From a virus: a stretch of DNA of 64,000 nucleotides. The DNA lies in IMG/VR virus record IMGVR_UViG_3300031539_000004, positions 1 to 64,000 of that record; one strand, written 5' to 3'. Below, in pieces: positions 8,218-18,647 of this stretch. A model generated the notes under the pieces. The model was given only the letters and a program-made list of their open reading frames with translations. It ran no database searches and was not told where the DNA came from. A program made the translations under genes and the position numbers. The number at the start of each line of letters is the position of its first letter. Position 1 is the first letter of the stretch.

Positions 8218-11200
8218 GTGACCGATGTAGTCGGTACCGCCAGAGTCATCATCGTTCCCGACACGACGGCGTTCGCTGGGACGCTCTCGAGTCAGCTCGC
8301 CGCGTCGACGGCGGCGATGACCGGCGCGGTTGGTGGTCTCAACAGCGGTCTCGCGGCAGCGCAGACGCAGCTCGCCACGTTCGGGACCTCGGCTACCGCC
8401 GCCGGGGCGAAGCTCACGAAGTCGCTGACGCTCCCGATCGTCGCCATCGGCGGGATCGCGCTGAAGGCTGGCGCTGACTTCCAGACCGCCATGCTGCAGG
8501 TGCAGGCCGTCTCGGGCGCGACCGGCGTCGAGTTCGAATCGCTGAACGACCTCGCGAAGGAGCTGGGGCGTACTACGCAGTTCTCGGCCAGTCAGGCCGC
8601 CGACGCGATGGGCTTCCTCGCGATGGCCGGCTTCGAAGCGAACGAGATCCTCGGGGCGCTCCCCGGGACCCTCAACCTCGCCGCCGCCGGGAACCTCGAG
8701 CTCGCCCAAGCCGCGGACATCGTCACCAACATCCTGACCGGTTACGGCAAGGAAGTCGGCGAGCTCGGCGCGGCGAACGACGCGCTCGTCCAGACCTTCA
8801 CCAGTAGCAACACGTCGCTCGCTCAGCTCGGCGAGGCGTTCAAGTTCGTCGCCCCCGTCGCCGCGTCGGCTGGCCTCGACTTCAACGAAGTGACCGCCGC
8901 GCTCGGCCTCCTCGGCAACGCCGGCATCCAAGCGTCGATGGCCGGTACCACCCTCCGCGGTGGCATCGCCAAGCTCGCGAAGCCGACCAACGAGGCGCAG
9001 GGGGCGCTCGAACGGCTCGGGATCCAGGTCAACGACTCCGGCGGCCAGATGCTCCCGCTGGTCGACATCATCCGCCAGTTCGAAGCGGCCGGGCTGTCCA
9101 CCGCCGACGCCATGACCATCTTCGGTCTCCGCGCCGGCCCCGGTTTCGCGGCGCTCGTCTCGCAGGGTGCCGACGCCCTCGGCGACCTCACCACACAGAA
9201 CGCGCTCGCAGGCGAGGAAGCCGAGCTGGCCGCCAAGGCCCTCGGCCTCGAGGGATCGGTCGCTGAAGGGCTCACCGAGGCCTTCCTCGCTTCGCTGCCG
9301 GTGATCCAGCAGTACAACGAGAACACCGATGAGACCACGGCGATCCTCGGGGCGCTCACCGTCGCCGGCCAGGACGCATCCGAGAGCGCCGAATCGCTCG
9401 CCGGGATCGTCACCTCGTTCAACACCGACGCCGGGGCGTTCGCGGAGGCCCTCGGCGGCGCGGCCGACGGGCTCGGGTTCATGGTCGATGAGACCGGCCA
9501 GCTCGTCCAGACCCTCCCCGACGGCACCGTCGAAGTCGTGTCGCTCCTCGAGGCGGTCACCCTGCTCGAGGGGGCCGGGCTCTCCACGCAAGACCTCATG
9601 GCCAAGTTCGGCGACACCGTGGGCGGCGACCTCGCGGCAGCGCTCTCTGTCGGCTCCGAAGAAATGCTCAAGATCTTCGAGGAGACCGGCAAGGCGGGCC
9701 GCGCCGCGGAGATTGCCGAGATCCAGATGTCGGGTGTGCGTGGCTCGATGCTGCGCCTGAAGTCCGCGGCTGAGGGTGTCGCCATCGCTTTCTCCGAGGC
9801 GGGGGTCCTCGACGCGCTCGCGAAGTTCGCCGAGTTCCTGACCAACATCTTCTCGAAGCTCGCGACGGCCAACCCGGCGATCTTCAAGTTCGTCGCTGTC
9901 GTCGGTCTGATCGCCGCGTCGATCGGGCCGGTGCTGCTCATCATCGGGAAGCTGTCCACCGGGCTGGCCGCGCTCTCTGTTCGCCTCACCGCGTTCTCTG
10001 TGGGCGGCGCGATCGGCGGCGCGATCAAGGGCATCAAGGCGCTCGGTCTCGTCCTCGGGAACATCGGCAAGCAGCTCCTCCTCATCGCCTTCAACCCGGT
10101 CACCCTCGCGATCGGGCTGTTCGTCGGGGCGATGGTCCTGGCGTGGAAGAACAGCGAGGCGCTCCGCGAAGCCGTCGGGCGGCTCGCCGACATCCTCGGC
10201 GGGATCTTCGCTGGGACTCTCGGCGCGGTCGGCGACGCGGTGTCGAAGCTCGCGGGTCTGCTCGGCGACAAGCTCGCAGTCGCCGGCGAGTTCTTGGGCG
10301 ACAAGATCGCGGTGCTGGTCGACGCCTTCGCCGACTGGCTCGAGAACGGCCTCGCTGCCGTGTCGTCGTTCATCGAGGGTTCCGTGGTCCCCGCCGTGTC
10401 GAAGCTCGGCGACTTCCTCGGCGAGCTCGCCAGCGCCCTCAGCTCCACCCTCGGCCCGGCCATCGACAAGGTCGTGGAGGTGGTCGAGTTCCTGGCCGAC
10501 GTGTTCAATCAGGCCGCCTTCGGGATGGAGAACGCCGCGTTCTTCGCCGGGGACCTCGAGGCACCGATCGCCATCCTCGGCGAAACGTTCTTCCGGCTCG
10601 GCGTCTTCGTCAGAGACGTGATCGAAATCTTCGAGATCGGCATCGACGTGATCAAGGTGATCGCCGACGAGGGGCTCGCAAACCTGACCTCGGCGGTCGG
10701 GAATGTGATCGACGCCTTCCGGGCGCTCGCCTCGGGCGACTTCGACGGGTTCGTGGACTCGATCCGCATGGCCGGCGACGACGCGCTCGAGGCGGTCGTC
10801 AACTTCGCGATCGAGATCCCGCTTCAGTTCTTCGACACGCTCGCCGTCGGGATGCAGGCCGGCCTCGATCAGCTCGCCAGCATCGACGTCCTCTCCCCGC
10901 TTGTGGCCTCCGTCTCGGCCGGGCTCACCACCGTCGTCAACCTCGTGAGCAACCTCGGCGGCGCGATCGCGGCGGCGCTCCGCGGCGACTTCGACCAGGC
11001 CGGCGAGTTCTTCTCAAGCTTCCTCGACAACCTCGGCACGCTCATCACCACCAACATCCCCGCCGTCCTGTCGGGCCTCAGCGAGCTCATCTCCGGTCCG
11101 GTCTCCGACGCCGTGTCCAACGCGCTCACCGCCGCCGTCGGGGCCGTGAAGGACATCCCGGTGGTCGGCCCGCTCGCCGAAGGCATCCAGCTCATCATCG

Positions 11201-14200
11201 AGAGCGCCATCGATCTGGTCGCCGGCCGGCTCGACTTCTTCTCGAAGATCTTCCAGGGCGACTTCGGTGGGGCGGTCGAGGTGCTCCGCGGCCGGTTCTC
11301 GATCCTCCTCGACCGGGCCGCCACCATCCTGTTCGAGCTCATCCCCGCGGCGCTCGGCGACCTCGGGACCGTGATCGGCGAAACGCTCGTCGTCGCGTTC
11401 GACGGGCTCGCCAACGTGCTCGAGGGAACCCCGCTCGAGGGGATCTTCCGCACCCTGGCCGAGCTCGCCGAACCGCTCGCCGGGTTCCTCGCCGACAACC
11501 TCGTCCCTGCGCTCGCCACGCTCGCCACGATCCTCCTCGGGTTCGCTGGCGCTTCGGTGGTTCCCGGGATCATCGCCGGTATCGCCGGGGCGCTCGCCAC
11601 CGTCGGGGCGGTCATCGCCACCATCCTCAGCCCCATCGGTCTCCTCGTCGCCGGGATCGCCGCCATCGGGTTCGCGTTCTTCAAGCTGCTACAGGACAAC
11701 GAGGGGTTCCGTGAGGGAGTCCTCAACGCCATCAACGCGGTCGTGGAGGGCTTCACGAAGATCCCCGACGTGATCGGGGTGGTGGTCGAGAAGTTCGGCG
11801 CGATCGTGGACGCCATCGTCGGCTTCGAACCGCTCCAACGGGCGATCGAAAACGTCGGCGTCATCATCACCGGCCTCCTGCCGATCCTCGACTCGTTCAT
11901 CGGCGCGATCGTGAACGACATCGTCCCGGCTCTGCAGGAGAACCTGCTGCCGATCATCGAAAACGTGGCGTCCGTGGTCGGCACCGTGCTGCAGGTCGCC
12001 TTCGCCGCCTTGACCATCGCCATCGAAAAGGTCACCGAGGTGATCGCCGCCTTGGTCGACGCCGGTCTCTTCGACGCTGTGGCTGACGCCGTGGGCTTCG
12101 CGGGCGAAGCGTTCGGCTCGGCGATCGAGGCCATCCGCGGCTTCACCGACATCATCGCCGGGATCTTCTCGGGCGACCTCGACCAGATCACCGAAGGCAT
12201 TACGGGGCTGGCTCAGGGCATCCTCGACACGTTCACCTCGGTCCTGGCCGACCTCCCCGGCGCGGCGCTCGACGCGATCCTGTCGGTCAACGACGTGATC
12301 TTCGGGGGCCTCAGCAACATCCCCGTCATCGGCGAGCTGTTCGAAACGATCCAGCAGGTCATCGGCGACGTGGGCATCGCGCTGCAGGGCGTGTTCGACA
12401 TTCTCGGCGGCATCTTCAGCCTTGACGGGAGCCGGATCCTCGACGGGCTGGCTGGCGTCGGCGAGGGGTTCCTCCTCCTGCTCGGCGAGGCGTTCACCAA
12501 CCTCCCCGAACTCCTCGCCGGGATCCTCGGCGACGGGATCCCCATCATCCTCGGGGCCTTCTCGGGCATCGGTGAGTTCATCGCCGACAAGCTCAGCGAG
12601 GTACCGCTCCTCGGCGAGATCTTCGAGACCATCGGCCAGGTCGTCAACGACGTCGCCGACGGCCTCTCGGGCATCTTCGACATCATCGCCGGGATCATCA
12701 CCCTCGATCCGGGCCGCATCGCTGAAGGGCTCGGCGGCCTCGGCGAGTCGCTCCTCGGGATCTTCCGCGAAGCGCTCACGGCCATCCCCGAGATCCTCGT
12801 GGACATCATCTCCGACGCCGTGCCGTTCATCGCCGACGCCCTCGGCGGGATCGGCGACTTCCTGTCGGGCCTCTTTGACGACGTGCCGATCATCGGCGAG
12901 ATCTTCGACACGATCGGCAGCACCATCACCGGGGTCGGCGACGCTCTCGGCGGCATCTTCGACATCATCGCCGGGATCGTGTCGCTCGACTTCGGGCGAG
13001 TCATCGACGGGATCAAGGAACTGGCCGGCGGGATCGGCAACGCCCTCTTCGGGATCCTCGCCAACGTCCCGCAGCTCCTCGCCGACCTCGGGTTCCTGAT
13101 CCTCGACGGCCTCGCCGCAGCGTTCCCCGCCATCGGCACCTTCTTCACCGACACCGTGCTGCCCGCCATCGGCACCGCACTCGCCGCTCTGCCCGGCCTC
13201 ATCGGCTCAGCTCTCAGCGGCGCGGCCGACCTCCTCGGCGCTCTCGCCGGCTGGCTCCTCGGCGTCATCGTGAGCTTCGGAGCGTGGATCTTCTCCGACG
13301 GCATCCCCGCCATCATCGACTTCTTCGTTGGGATCCCCGCAGCGATCGGCGACTTCTTCTCCGGGGGCGGGGCCGACGACGGCGGCGGCGCTGGAGGCGG
13401 CCTCATCGATTGGGCGACGAAGGCCTTCGCTCAGCTCGGCGAGTGGCTCGTCAACGACGGGATCCCCGCCGTGGTCGAGTTCGTCGCCATGCTCCCCGGG
13501 AAGATCGTGGAGGCCCTGGCCGGCGTCGGCTCGTTCATTTGGGACGGGATCGTCGTCGCCTTCAACTTCGTCCGCGACAACATCGGCGAGTGGGTCGGCA
13601 CCATCGCCGAGTTCTTCAACCCCTTCAACGCCGACTCGATTTGGGCGAAGGCCGCCGGGCTACTCCTCGAGGTGGGCAGCTTCCTGTGGGACGCCATCAG
13701 CGGCGTCCTCGGGTTCGTGTTCGACAACTTCGGCGAGTGGGCGGGGACGCTTGCCGAGTTCTTCAACCCGTTCAACGCGGACAGCGTTTGGGCGCGGGCG
13801 GTACTCGCAGCGGCCGAGGTTGGCTCGTTCCTGTGGGACGCACTCAGCGGGCTACTCGGCTTCGTGTTCGACAACTTCGGGACGTGGATCGGTACCCTCG
13901 CCGAGTTCTTCAACCCGACGAACCCCGACGGGCTGGTGCAGCGGGCCATCGGTCTCGCCGCCACGATGGGCGAGACCATCTGGAACGGGATCGTCGGCGG
14001 CTTCAACTTCGTGAAGGACAACATCGGGACGTGGGTCGGCTCGGTGGTCGAGTTCTTCAACCCGCTCAACCCGGAAGGTCTCGTGCAGAAGGCCATCGGG
14101 TTCTTCTCCACCGCCGGCGAAACGATTTGGGGTGGCATCTCGGGGGCCTTCACCTTCATCAAGGACAAGGTCGGCGAAGCCATCACCGGTATCGCCGAGT

Positions 14201-15690
14201 TCTTCAACCCGACCAACCCCGACGGCCTCGTCAGCAAGGTGCTCGCGTTCAAGGACACCATCCTCGAGAAGTTCGGCGAGGTCGGGTCGGCCATCATCGA
14301 CGGCATCGCCCAAGGCATCTCGGGCGCGGCGAACTTCGTCGGCGACTTCGTGTCGAACATCGGCCGAGCCTTCGTCGATTTCATCAACGTGCAGGTGATC
14401 GACCGGATCAACGACGCCATCCCGAACTCGCTCGGGCCGGTCAACATTCCCGACAACCCGATCCCCCACATCAACCTGGCGGAAGGCGGGATCTTCGACC
14501 GGCCCACCGTGGCGCAGATCGGTGAAGCTGGCGCGGAGGTGGTCATCCCGCTGACCAACGTGGAGCGGGCGCTCGCCTTGGCCGAGCAGTCGGGCCTCAC
14601 CGCCCTCATCACTCACCAGCTCACAGGACAGGCTGTGGCGGGCGCTGCGGGCGTGGGAGCCCCTGCGGGGGCTGGCGGCCCCGGAGGGGCTGGCGGGGCA
14701 GGAGCGGGCGCTGTGGGCGCTCCTGGCGGGTCTCTGGAAGCGATCGCCAACACCGCGGGCACCGCCGTCGGTGAGGGATTCACGGCCGGGGTGACCGACG
14801 CCATCATGGCCTCGGGCGCTGCGACCCTCGACCCGGCCGCAACCGATACCGGGATGGCGGCCGGGATGGCGTTCAACGAAGGGATGACCGGCGGCCTCGA
14901 GCAGAGCGCCAGCATGGTCGAGATGGCCTCGGCCGGCGTGGTCGGCGCAGCAGAAGCCGCGGCGATCGCGGCCGCTCAGATCGCGTCGCCGTCGCAGGTG
15001 TTCTTCGACATCGGGATGAGCCTCTCCGAAGGGCTCGCCGCGGGGATGGAAGCCGGGACCGCTGCGGTCGCCGCTGCTGGCGCAGGCGCAGTCGGCGCGG
15101 CCTCTGGCGGGGCTGGCGCGGCCGGGGGTGCCGCGGCGAGCGCGATCGGGAGCTTCGAGCAGGCCGTCTCCGAGCTGAACAGCGTCGGGTACTTCGGCGA
15201 AGGTCTCCAGGGCGGCACCGACAAGACGCGGGCCAACTTCGCCAGCAACTACTTCTCCGACCCGGACCGTGCAGCCGTCCTCGCTGGCACGCCCGCCACC
15301 GTGTTCGAAGATGGATCGATGCGGCTGCTCGCCGACGGGGGCATCATCACCGACCCGACCCGAGCACTGATCGGCGAAGCGGGACCCGAGGTGGTCCTCC
15401 CCCTCACCAACCCGAAGCGGGTCCTCGAGCTCGCCACCGCGTCGGGCCTCTTCGGGGTCCTCGCCGAAGGGCTCTCGTCGGCGGTCCCGTCTGCGGGGCC
15501 GGTCGGTCAGCTCGCTGGCGTCGGAGCGCCGAGCACCCCGACACCGAACGCTGTGACCCCCCGACCCGAACCGGAACAGGTTGTAGGCTCCAGCGGCAGC
15601 ACCTTCAACATCTACGGGGTGTCCGCGGACGACGTGGTCGCCAAGATCGTCGCCCGGGAAGAGACGGCCATGAGAGGGATTCGGCGCTGA
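8218..15690 (+). CDS. Tape measure protein (TP901-like N-terminal domain), 2490 aa
   Basis: Longest ORF; TP901 core (LAKELGRTTQFSASQAADAMGFLAMAG); helical repeats; synteny after chaperones. Confidence 0.95.
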   Translation: MTDVVGTARVIIVPDTTAFAGTLSSQLAASTAAMTGAVGGLNSGLAAAQTQLATFGTSATAAGAKLTKSLTLPIVAIGGIALKAGADFQTAMLQVQAVSGATGVEFESLNDLAKELGRTTQFSASQAADAMGFLAMAGFEANEILGALPGTLNLAAAGNLELAQAADIVTNILTGYGKEVGELGAANDALVQTFTSSNTSLAQLGEAFKFVAPVAASAGLDFNEVTAALGLLGNAGIQASMAGTTLRGGIAKLAKPTNEAQGALERLGIQVNDSGGQMLPLVDIIRQFEAAGLSTADAMTIFGLRAGPGFAALVSQGADALGDLTTQNALAGEEAELAAKALGLEGSVAEGLTEAFLASLPVIQQYNENTDETTAILGALTVAGQDASESAESLAGIVTSFNTDAGAFAEALGGAADGLGFMVDETGQLVQTLPDGTVEVVSLLEAVTLLEGAGLSTQDLMAKFGDTVGGDLAAALSVGSEEMLKIFEETGKAGRAAEIAEIQMSGVRGSMLRLKSAAEGVAIAFSEAGVLDALAKFAEFLTNIFSKLATANPAIFKFVAVVGLIAASIGPVLLIIGKLSTGLAALSVRLTAFSVGGAIGGAIKGIKALGLVLGNIGKQLLLIAFNPVTLAIGLFVGAMVLAWKNSEALREAVGRLADILGGIFAGTLGAVGDAVSKLAGLLGDKLAVAGEFLGDKIAVLVDAFADWLENGLAAVSSFIEGSVVPAVSKLGDFLGELASALSSTLGPAIDKVVEVVEFLADVFNQAAFGMENAAFFAGDLEAPIAILGETFFRLGVFVRDVIEIFEIGIDVIKVIADEGLANLTSAVGNVIDAFRALASGDFDGFVDSIRMAGDDALEAVVNFAIEIPLQFFDTLAVGMQAGLDQLASIDVLSPLVASVSAGLTTVVNLVSNLGGAIAAALRGDFDQAGEFFSSFLDNLGTLITTNIPAVLSGLSELISGPVSDAVSNALTAAVGAVKDIPVVGPLAEGIQLIIESAIDLVAGRLDFFSKIFQGDFGGAVEVLRGRFSILLDRAATILFELIPAALGDLGTVIGETLVVAFDGLANVLEGTPLEGIFRTLAELAEPLAGFLADNLVPALATLATILLGFAGASVVPGIIAGIAGALATVGAVIATILSPIGLLVAGIAAIGFAFFKLLQDNEGFREGVLNAINAVVEGFTKIPDVIGVVVEKFGAIVDAIVGFEPLQRAIENVGVIITGLLPILDSFIGAIVNDIVPALQENLLPIIENVASVVGTVLQVAFAALTIAIEKVTEVIAALVDAGLFDAVADAVGFAGEAFGSAIEAIRGFTDIIAGIFSGDLDQITEGITGLAQGILDTFTSVLADLPGAALDAILSVNDVIFGGLSNIPVIGELFETIQQVIGDVGIALQGVFDILGGIFSLDGSRILDGLAGVGEGFLLLLGEAFTNLPELLAGILGDGIPIILGAFSGIGEFIADKLSEVPLLGEIFETIGQVVNDVADGLSGIFDIIAGIITLDPGRIAEGLGGLGESLLGIFREALTAIPEILVDIISDAVPFIADALGGIGDFLSGLFDDVPIIGEIFDTIGSTITGVGDALGGIFDIIAGIVSLDFGRVIDGIKELAGGIGNALFGILANVPQLLADLGFLILDGLAAAFPAIGTFFTDTVLPAIGTALAALPGLIGSALSGAADLLGALAGWLLGVIVSFGAWIFSDGIPAIIDFFVGIPAAIGDFFSGGGADDGGGAGGGLIDWATKAFAQLGEWLVNDGIPAVVEFVAMLPGKIVEALAGVGSFIWDGIVVAFNFVRDNIGEWVGTIAEFFNPFNADSIWAKAAGLLLEVGSFLWDAISGVLGFVFDNFGEWAGTLAEFFNPFNADSVWARAVLAAAEVGSFLWDALSGLLGFVFDNFGTWIGTLAEFFNPTNPDGLVQRAIGLAATMGETIWNGIVGGFNFVKDNIGTWVGSVVEFFNPLNPEGLVQKAIGFFSTAGETIWGGISGAFTFIKDKVGEAITGIAEFFNPTNPDGLVSKVLAFKDTILEKFGEVGSAIIDGIAQGISGAANFVGDFVSNIGRAFVDFINVQVIDRINDAIPNSLGPVNIPDNPIPHINLAEGGIFDRPTVAQIGEAGAEVVIPLTNVERALALAEQSGLTALITHQLTGQAVAGAAGVGAPAGAGGPGGAGGAGAGAVGAPGGSLEAIANTAGTAVGEGFTAGVTDAIMASGAATLDPAATDTGMAAGMAFNEGMTGGLEQSASMVEMASAGVVGAAEAAAIAAAQIASPSQVFFDIGMSLSEGLAAGMEAGTAAVAAAGAGAVGAASGGAGAAGGAAASAIGSFEQAVSELNSVGYFGEGLQGGTDKTRANFASNYFSDPDRAAVLAGTPATVFEDGSMRLLADGGIITDPTRALIGEAGPEVVLPLTNPKRVLELATASGLFGVLAEGLSSAVPSAGPVGQLAGVGAPSTPTPNAVTPRPEPEQVVGSSGSTFNIYGVSADDVVAKIVAREETAMRGIRR
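12148..13010 (+). repeat. TMP repeat block A (83/94/94-aa spacing)
   Basis: DI(I/L)xGI starts at 12148, 12397, 12679 and 12961. Confidence 0.75.
13609..14220 (+). repeat. TMP repeat block B (five units, exact 147-bp period)
   Basis: GAGTTCTTCAAC (EFFNP) at 13609, 13756, 13903, 14050 and 14197. Confidence 0.9.
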
Positions 15691-17525
15691 TGTGGCATGG
15701 ATACGGCTACCTCACCCGCGGCACCGACCGAGTGGAGATCTGGAACAACGACCGGGTCCTCCACTACCTCCAGGGCGACCCGCTCGGCCTCACCGGCTCA
15801 CCGCCCGTCAACGGGCTGAAGCACAAGACGACCAGGGTCGAGGTCAACTGCGGATGCACCACGCTGCGGCCCCTCTACTGCGAGAAGGGGTCCGGCACCG
15901 ACGGCGCGTACCGGTCGCCCGAGCTGGACGGCGCACCGTGGTACGACCCTGACGTTCCCGAGTCGGCCGAGTTCGCCGGGCTCATCGTGGAGACCATCGA
16001 GGGGTTCGACTCGGTCGTCCGACGCACCGTCACCGACGCCGCGATCCGAGGCGGATCCCTTGGCCCGCAACGCCTCGGGGCGCGGACCCTCACCGTCACC
16101 GGCTGGCTGCGCGCGAAGACGTGCTGCGCCGCGGAGTACGGCCTCCGCTGGCTCGAGGCGGCGCTCACCGGGGGGGCGTGCGACGACTGCGCTCTCGGCG
16201 AGCTGTCGATGTTCCGGTGTTGCCCACCCGATGACGAGGGCGGCTACTTCGAGCAGGTCCCCCCCACCGCTCAGTTCGACCCGCAGACCCCTGGGACGCT
16301 CACCGTCACCGACCTCGGCGGCGGGATCTACGACTTCGTCTACGACGACTTCGATCGCAGCAACGTGGTCTCGTTGCAGGGCGGCGCTGTGAACAACGCT
16401 CTCGGGTTCCTGCCCGTCACCCTCAACGGGGCCGACCCCGAGGGCATGGCCCAAATCAGCATCGGAGCTGACCCCGCCGGCCCCGAGATCAACTTCTCGA
16501 TCTCCTACGGGCTCATCACCGCTCAGGCTGACGTGGCGTCCGGTACTGGCCGGGAGCTGTCGCTCACGATCGACACGAACATCGACCTCGGGCTCCCCGT
16601 CGAGAACCAGACCCGCGACGACCTCGCCGCCGCGCTCGCCGACTGGATCACCCTCTACGGCGACGGCGCGGTCATCGCAGCCAAGCCGTTCTCGAACGGG
16701 CGGGCCTACACCGCGAAGGATGGCCCCGACCCAGCGAACTACGACCGGGAGGTGCTACGCCTCGGGCTGGTCGACGGCCCCACCGTCATCGAACGGAACG
16801 GGACCTGCTGCGACTCGTGCGGATGCACCGACCTCCGGGTCCAGTTCACCCTCGCATCGGAGTCGCCGTTCATCTTCGGGCCGATCGACTGGTGCCTCGA
16901 GGACGCCAGCTTCCTCACCGAACCCGAGAACGAATACTGCCTCAGCCTGTTCTGTGGCGACTGCCCCGAGGCGGCCGACCCGTTCTTCCGGCTCACCTGC
17001 GGTGGCGACACCATCTTCGCCCCGCCCCCGGTGTTCAACCCGATCATCACCTGCTACTGCGACCCGTGGGTCCAGTACCGGATGTGCTGCTCGCTGAGCA
17101 ACGAGGCCGACTGGAACGAAGCGTCGACCGTGATCCGCGTCGAGGCCGGCAACGCGACGTTGCGCCACATGAAGATCCAGGCGTTCATCAACCCGTTCGG
17201 CGATGACCGGCCATGCCCGTGCGATCCCGACGACCTGTTCTGGCTCTGCCGGGACCCGTGCTCGGTCATCGAGATCGCCGAGCTTCCCTCGGGGTCGATC
17301 CTCACCGTCGATTCCCGCTCGAGGATCTCCACGCTCGAGCTGGCCGGCGGCGGTTCGCAGGGCGGCACCCGGTTCATCACCGGGGAGCGGGGCGTCCCGT
17401 TCGAATGGGTCGACCTCGCCGCCTGCTCGACTGTCTGCTTCCTCATCACCGTCGACGCGAACCACTCGAGCCAGACCAAGGTGTCGGTCGGCGTCGCTGA
17501 GAGGTTCCAGGCCAGTGGCGGTTAG
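15690..17525 (+). CDS. Minor tail protein (distal-tail/Dit-like) with inserted domain
   Basis: First gene after TMP; GAPWYDPDVPESAEFAGL and LGARTLTVTGWL…EYGLRWLEAAL actinophage minor-tail motifs. Confidence 0.75.
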   Translation: MWHGYGYLTRGTDRVEIWNNDRVLHYLQGDPLGLTGSPPVNGLKHKTTRVEVNCGCTTLRPLYCEKGSGTDGAYRSPELDGAPWYDPDVPESAEFAGLIVETIEGFDSVVRRTVTDAAIRGGSLGPQRLGARTLTVTGWLRAKTCCAAEYGLRWLEAALTGGACDDCALGELSMFRCCPPDDEGGYFEQVPPTAQFDPQTPGTLTVTDLGGGIYDFVYDDFDRSNVVSLQGGAVNNALGFLPVTLNGADPEGMAQISIGADPAGPEINFSISYGLITAQADVASGTGRELSLTIDTNIDLGLPVENQTRDDLAAALADWITLYGDGAVIAAKPFSNGRAYTAKDGPDPANYDREVLRLGLVDGPTVIERNGTCCDSCGCTDLRVQFTLASESPFIFGPIDWCLEDASFLTEPENEYCLSLFCGDCPEAADPFFRLTCGGDTIFAPPPVFNPIITCYCDPWVQYRMCCSLSNEADWNEASTVIRVEAGNATLRHMKIQAFINPFGDDRPCPCDPDDLFWLCRDPCSVIEIAELPSGSILTVDSRSRISTLELAGGGSQGGTRFITGERGVPFEWVDLAACSTVCFLITVDANHSSQTKVSVGVAERFQASGG

Positions 17526-18636
17526 CGGACAGGCGATCCTCGGCTCGGGCGACGACCTTCGGGTGCTGCTGATGACCCGGGGCGGCGGGCAGGTCATCAC
17601 CGAAATCAACCCCGACTCGGGGAGCTTCAACCGGAAGCTCGACGGGACCACCGCGGCGTCGCTCGTCGCGACCGTCAGCGGCGGCGACCTGCGGTCCTGC
17701 TGCGACGAGTTCGCCGAAGCCTACGCCTGGGCCACAGAGCTGCTCATCACTCGAGACGGCCGCGACCAGTGGGCCGGCCCCATCACGAACCTCGTGTTCG
17801 CGTACGGGTCCGTGAGCGTCGAAGCGTCGGACCTCACCGCGTGGTGGGACCGCCGGGTCCTCCCCGACGAGTGCCACTTCCAGGTGGACCTGGCCGACAT
17901 CTTCCTCGACTACCACGCCGCGGCGATGGCCTCCGACCCGTCACCGAACATCGTGATCTCAGCGACCCGCACCGGGATCCTCGGCGACCGGCAGGTCTTC
18001 GGCGATGACTTCGACTACGCCTCCGACCACATCCATGAGCTCACCCGCACCGGTCTCGACTTCACCGCCTATGGCCGGACCGTCATCGTCGGCGGCGAAG
18101 AGATCCCGACCGACCCGATCGTCACCCTCACCGACGAGGACTGGATCACCCCGCCGACCGTGCAGGAGCGCGGCAACGAGCAGGCGACCGTGGTCGTCGT
18201 CCGTGGGAACAGCGAACAGGTGAAGTTCAGGGCCGAGGCCCGCGACCCCGACTACGTCAACTTCTACGGCGAGATCGTCCGGGTGTTCAACGAGGGCGAG
18301 ATCCGAGACGAACCCAGCCTGCAAGCCGCGGCGCAAACCCGCCTCGATCTGCTCAAGGACCCGCTCTACATCGTCCCCCCGCAGAACGCTGGGCTTCGCT
18401 CCACCGCCCCGATCACGCTCACCGAGCTGGTCCCCGGCGCTCGAGTTCGGGTCGACACTCAGGCGACGTGCCGGAAGATGGTCCGCGACTTCCGGCTCGC
18501 TGAGGTGTCCGTCAACTTCGACGGGACCGTGTCGATCACCCTGCAGCCGATCGGAACCACGCAGTCGGGTGGCCCCGGCTCGGGAGCGCCAGCCGAGCAG
18601 AACGGTTCCAACTGTGCCGCGCTGCCCGTCGCGTAG
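17515..18636 (+). CDS. Minor tail protein (baseplate hub/Tal-like)
   Basis: GTG start overlapping the previous gene; WATELLITRDGRDQWAGPI and LVPGARVRV motifs of siphovirus hub proteins. Confidence 0.7.
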   Translation: MAVSGQAILGSGDDLRVLLMTRGGGQVITEINPDSGSFNRKLDGTTAASLVATVSGGDLRSCCDEFAEAYAWATELLITRDGRDQWAGPITNLVFAYGSVSVEASDLTAWWDRRVLPDECHFQVDLADIFLDYHAAAMASDPSPNIVISATRTGILGDRQVFGDDFDYASDHIHELTRTGLDFTAYGRTVIVGGEEIPTDPIVTLTDEDWITPPTVQERGNEQATVVVVRGNSEQVKFRAEARDPDYVNFYGEIVRVFNEGEIRDEPSLQAAAQTRLDLLKDPLYIVPPQNAGLRSTAPITLTELVPGARVRVDTQATCRKMVRDFRLAEVSVNFDGTVSITLQPIGTTQSGGPGSGAPAEQNGSNCAALPVA

Positions 18637-18647
18637 TATCCGGTGCC

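Noticed and set aside
13609-14220. Regularly spaced short repeats resembling a CRISPR array
   Set aside because: In-frame protein repeats (EFFNP) with a 147-bp period and homologous spacers inside the TMP; no cas genes.
7876-14616. Long minus-strand and alternative-frame ORFs over the TMP and other genes (e.g. 7876-9591, 8823-10508, 38352-40412, 54766-56484)
   Set aside because: Shadow ORFs caused by high GC3; they are low-complexity Arg/Ser/Pro-rich, have no motifs and fully overlap well-supported genes.
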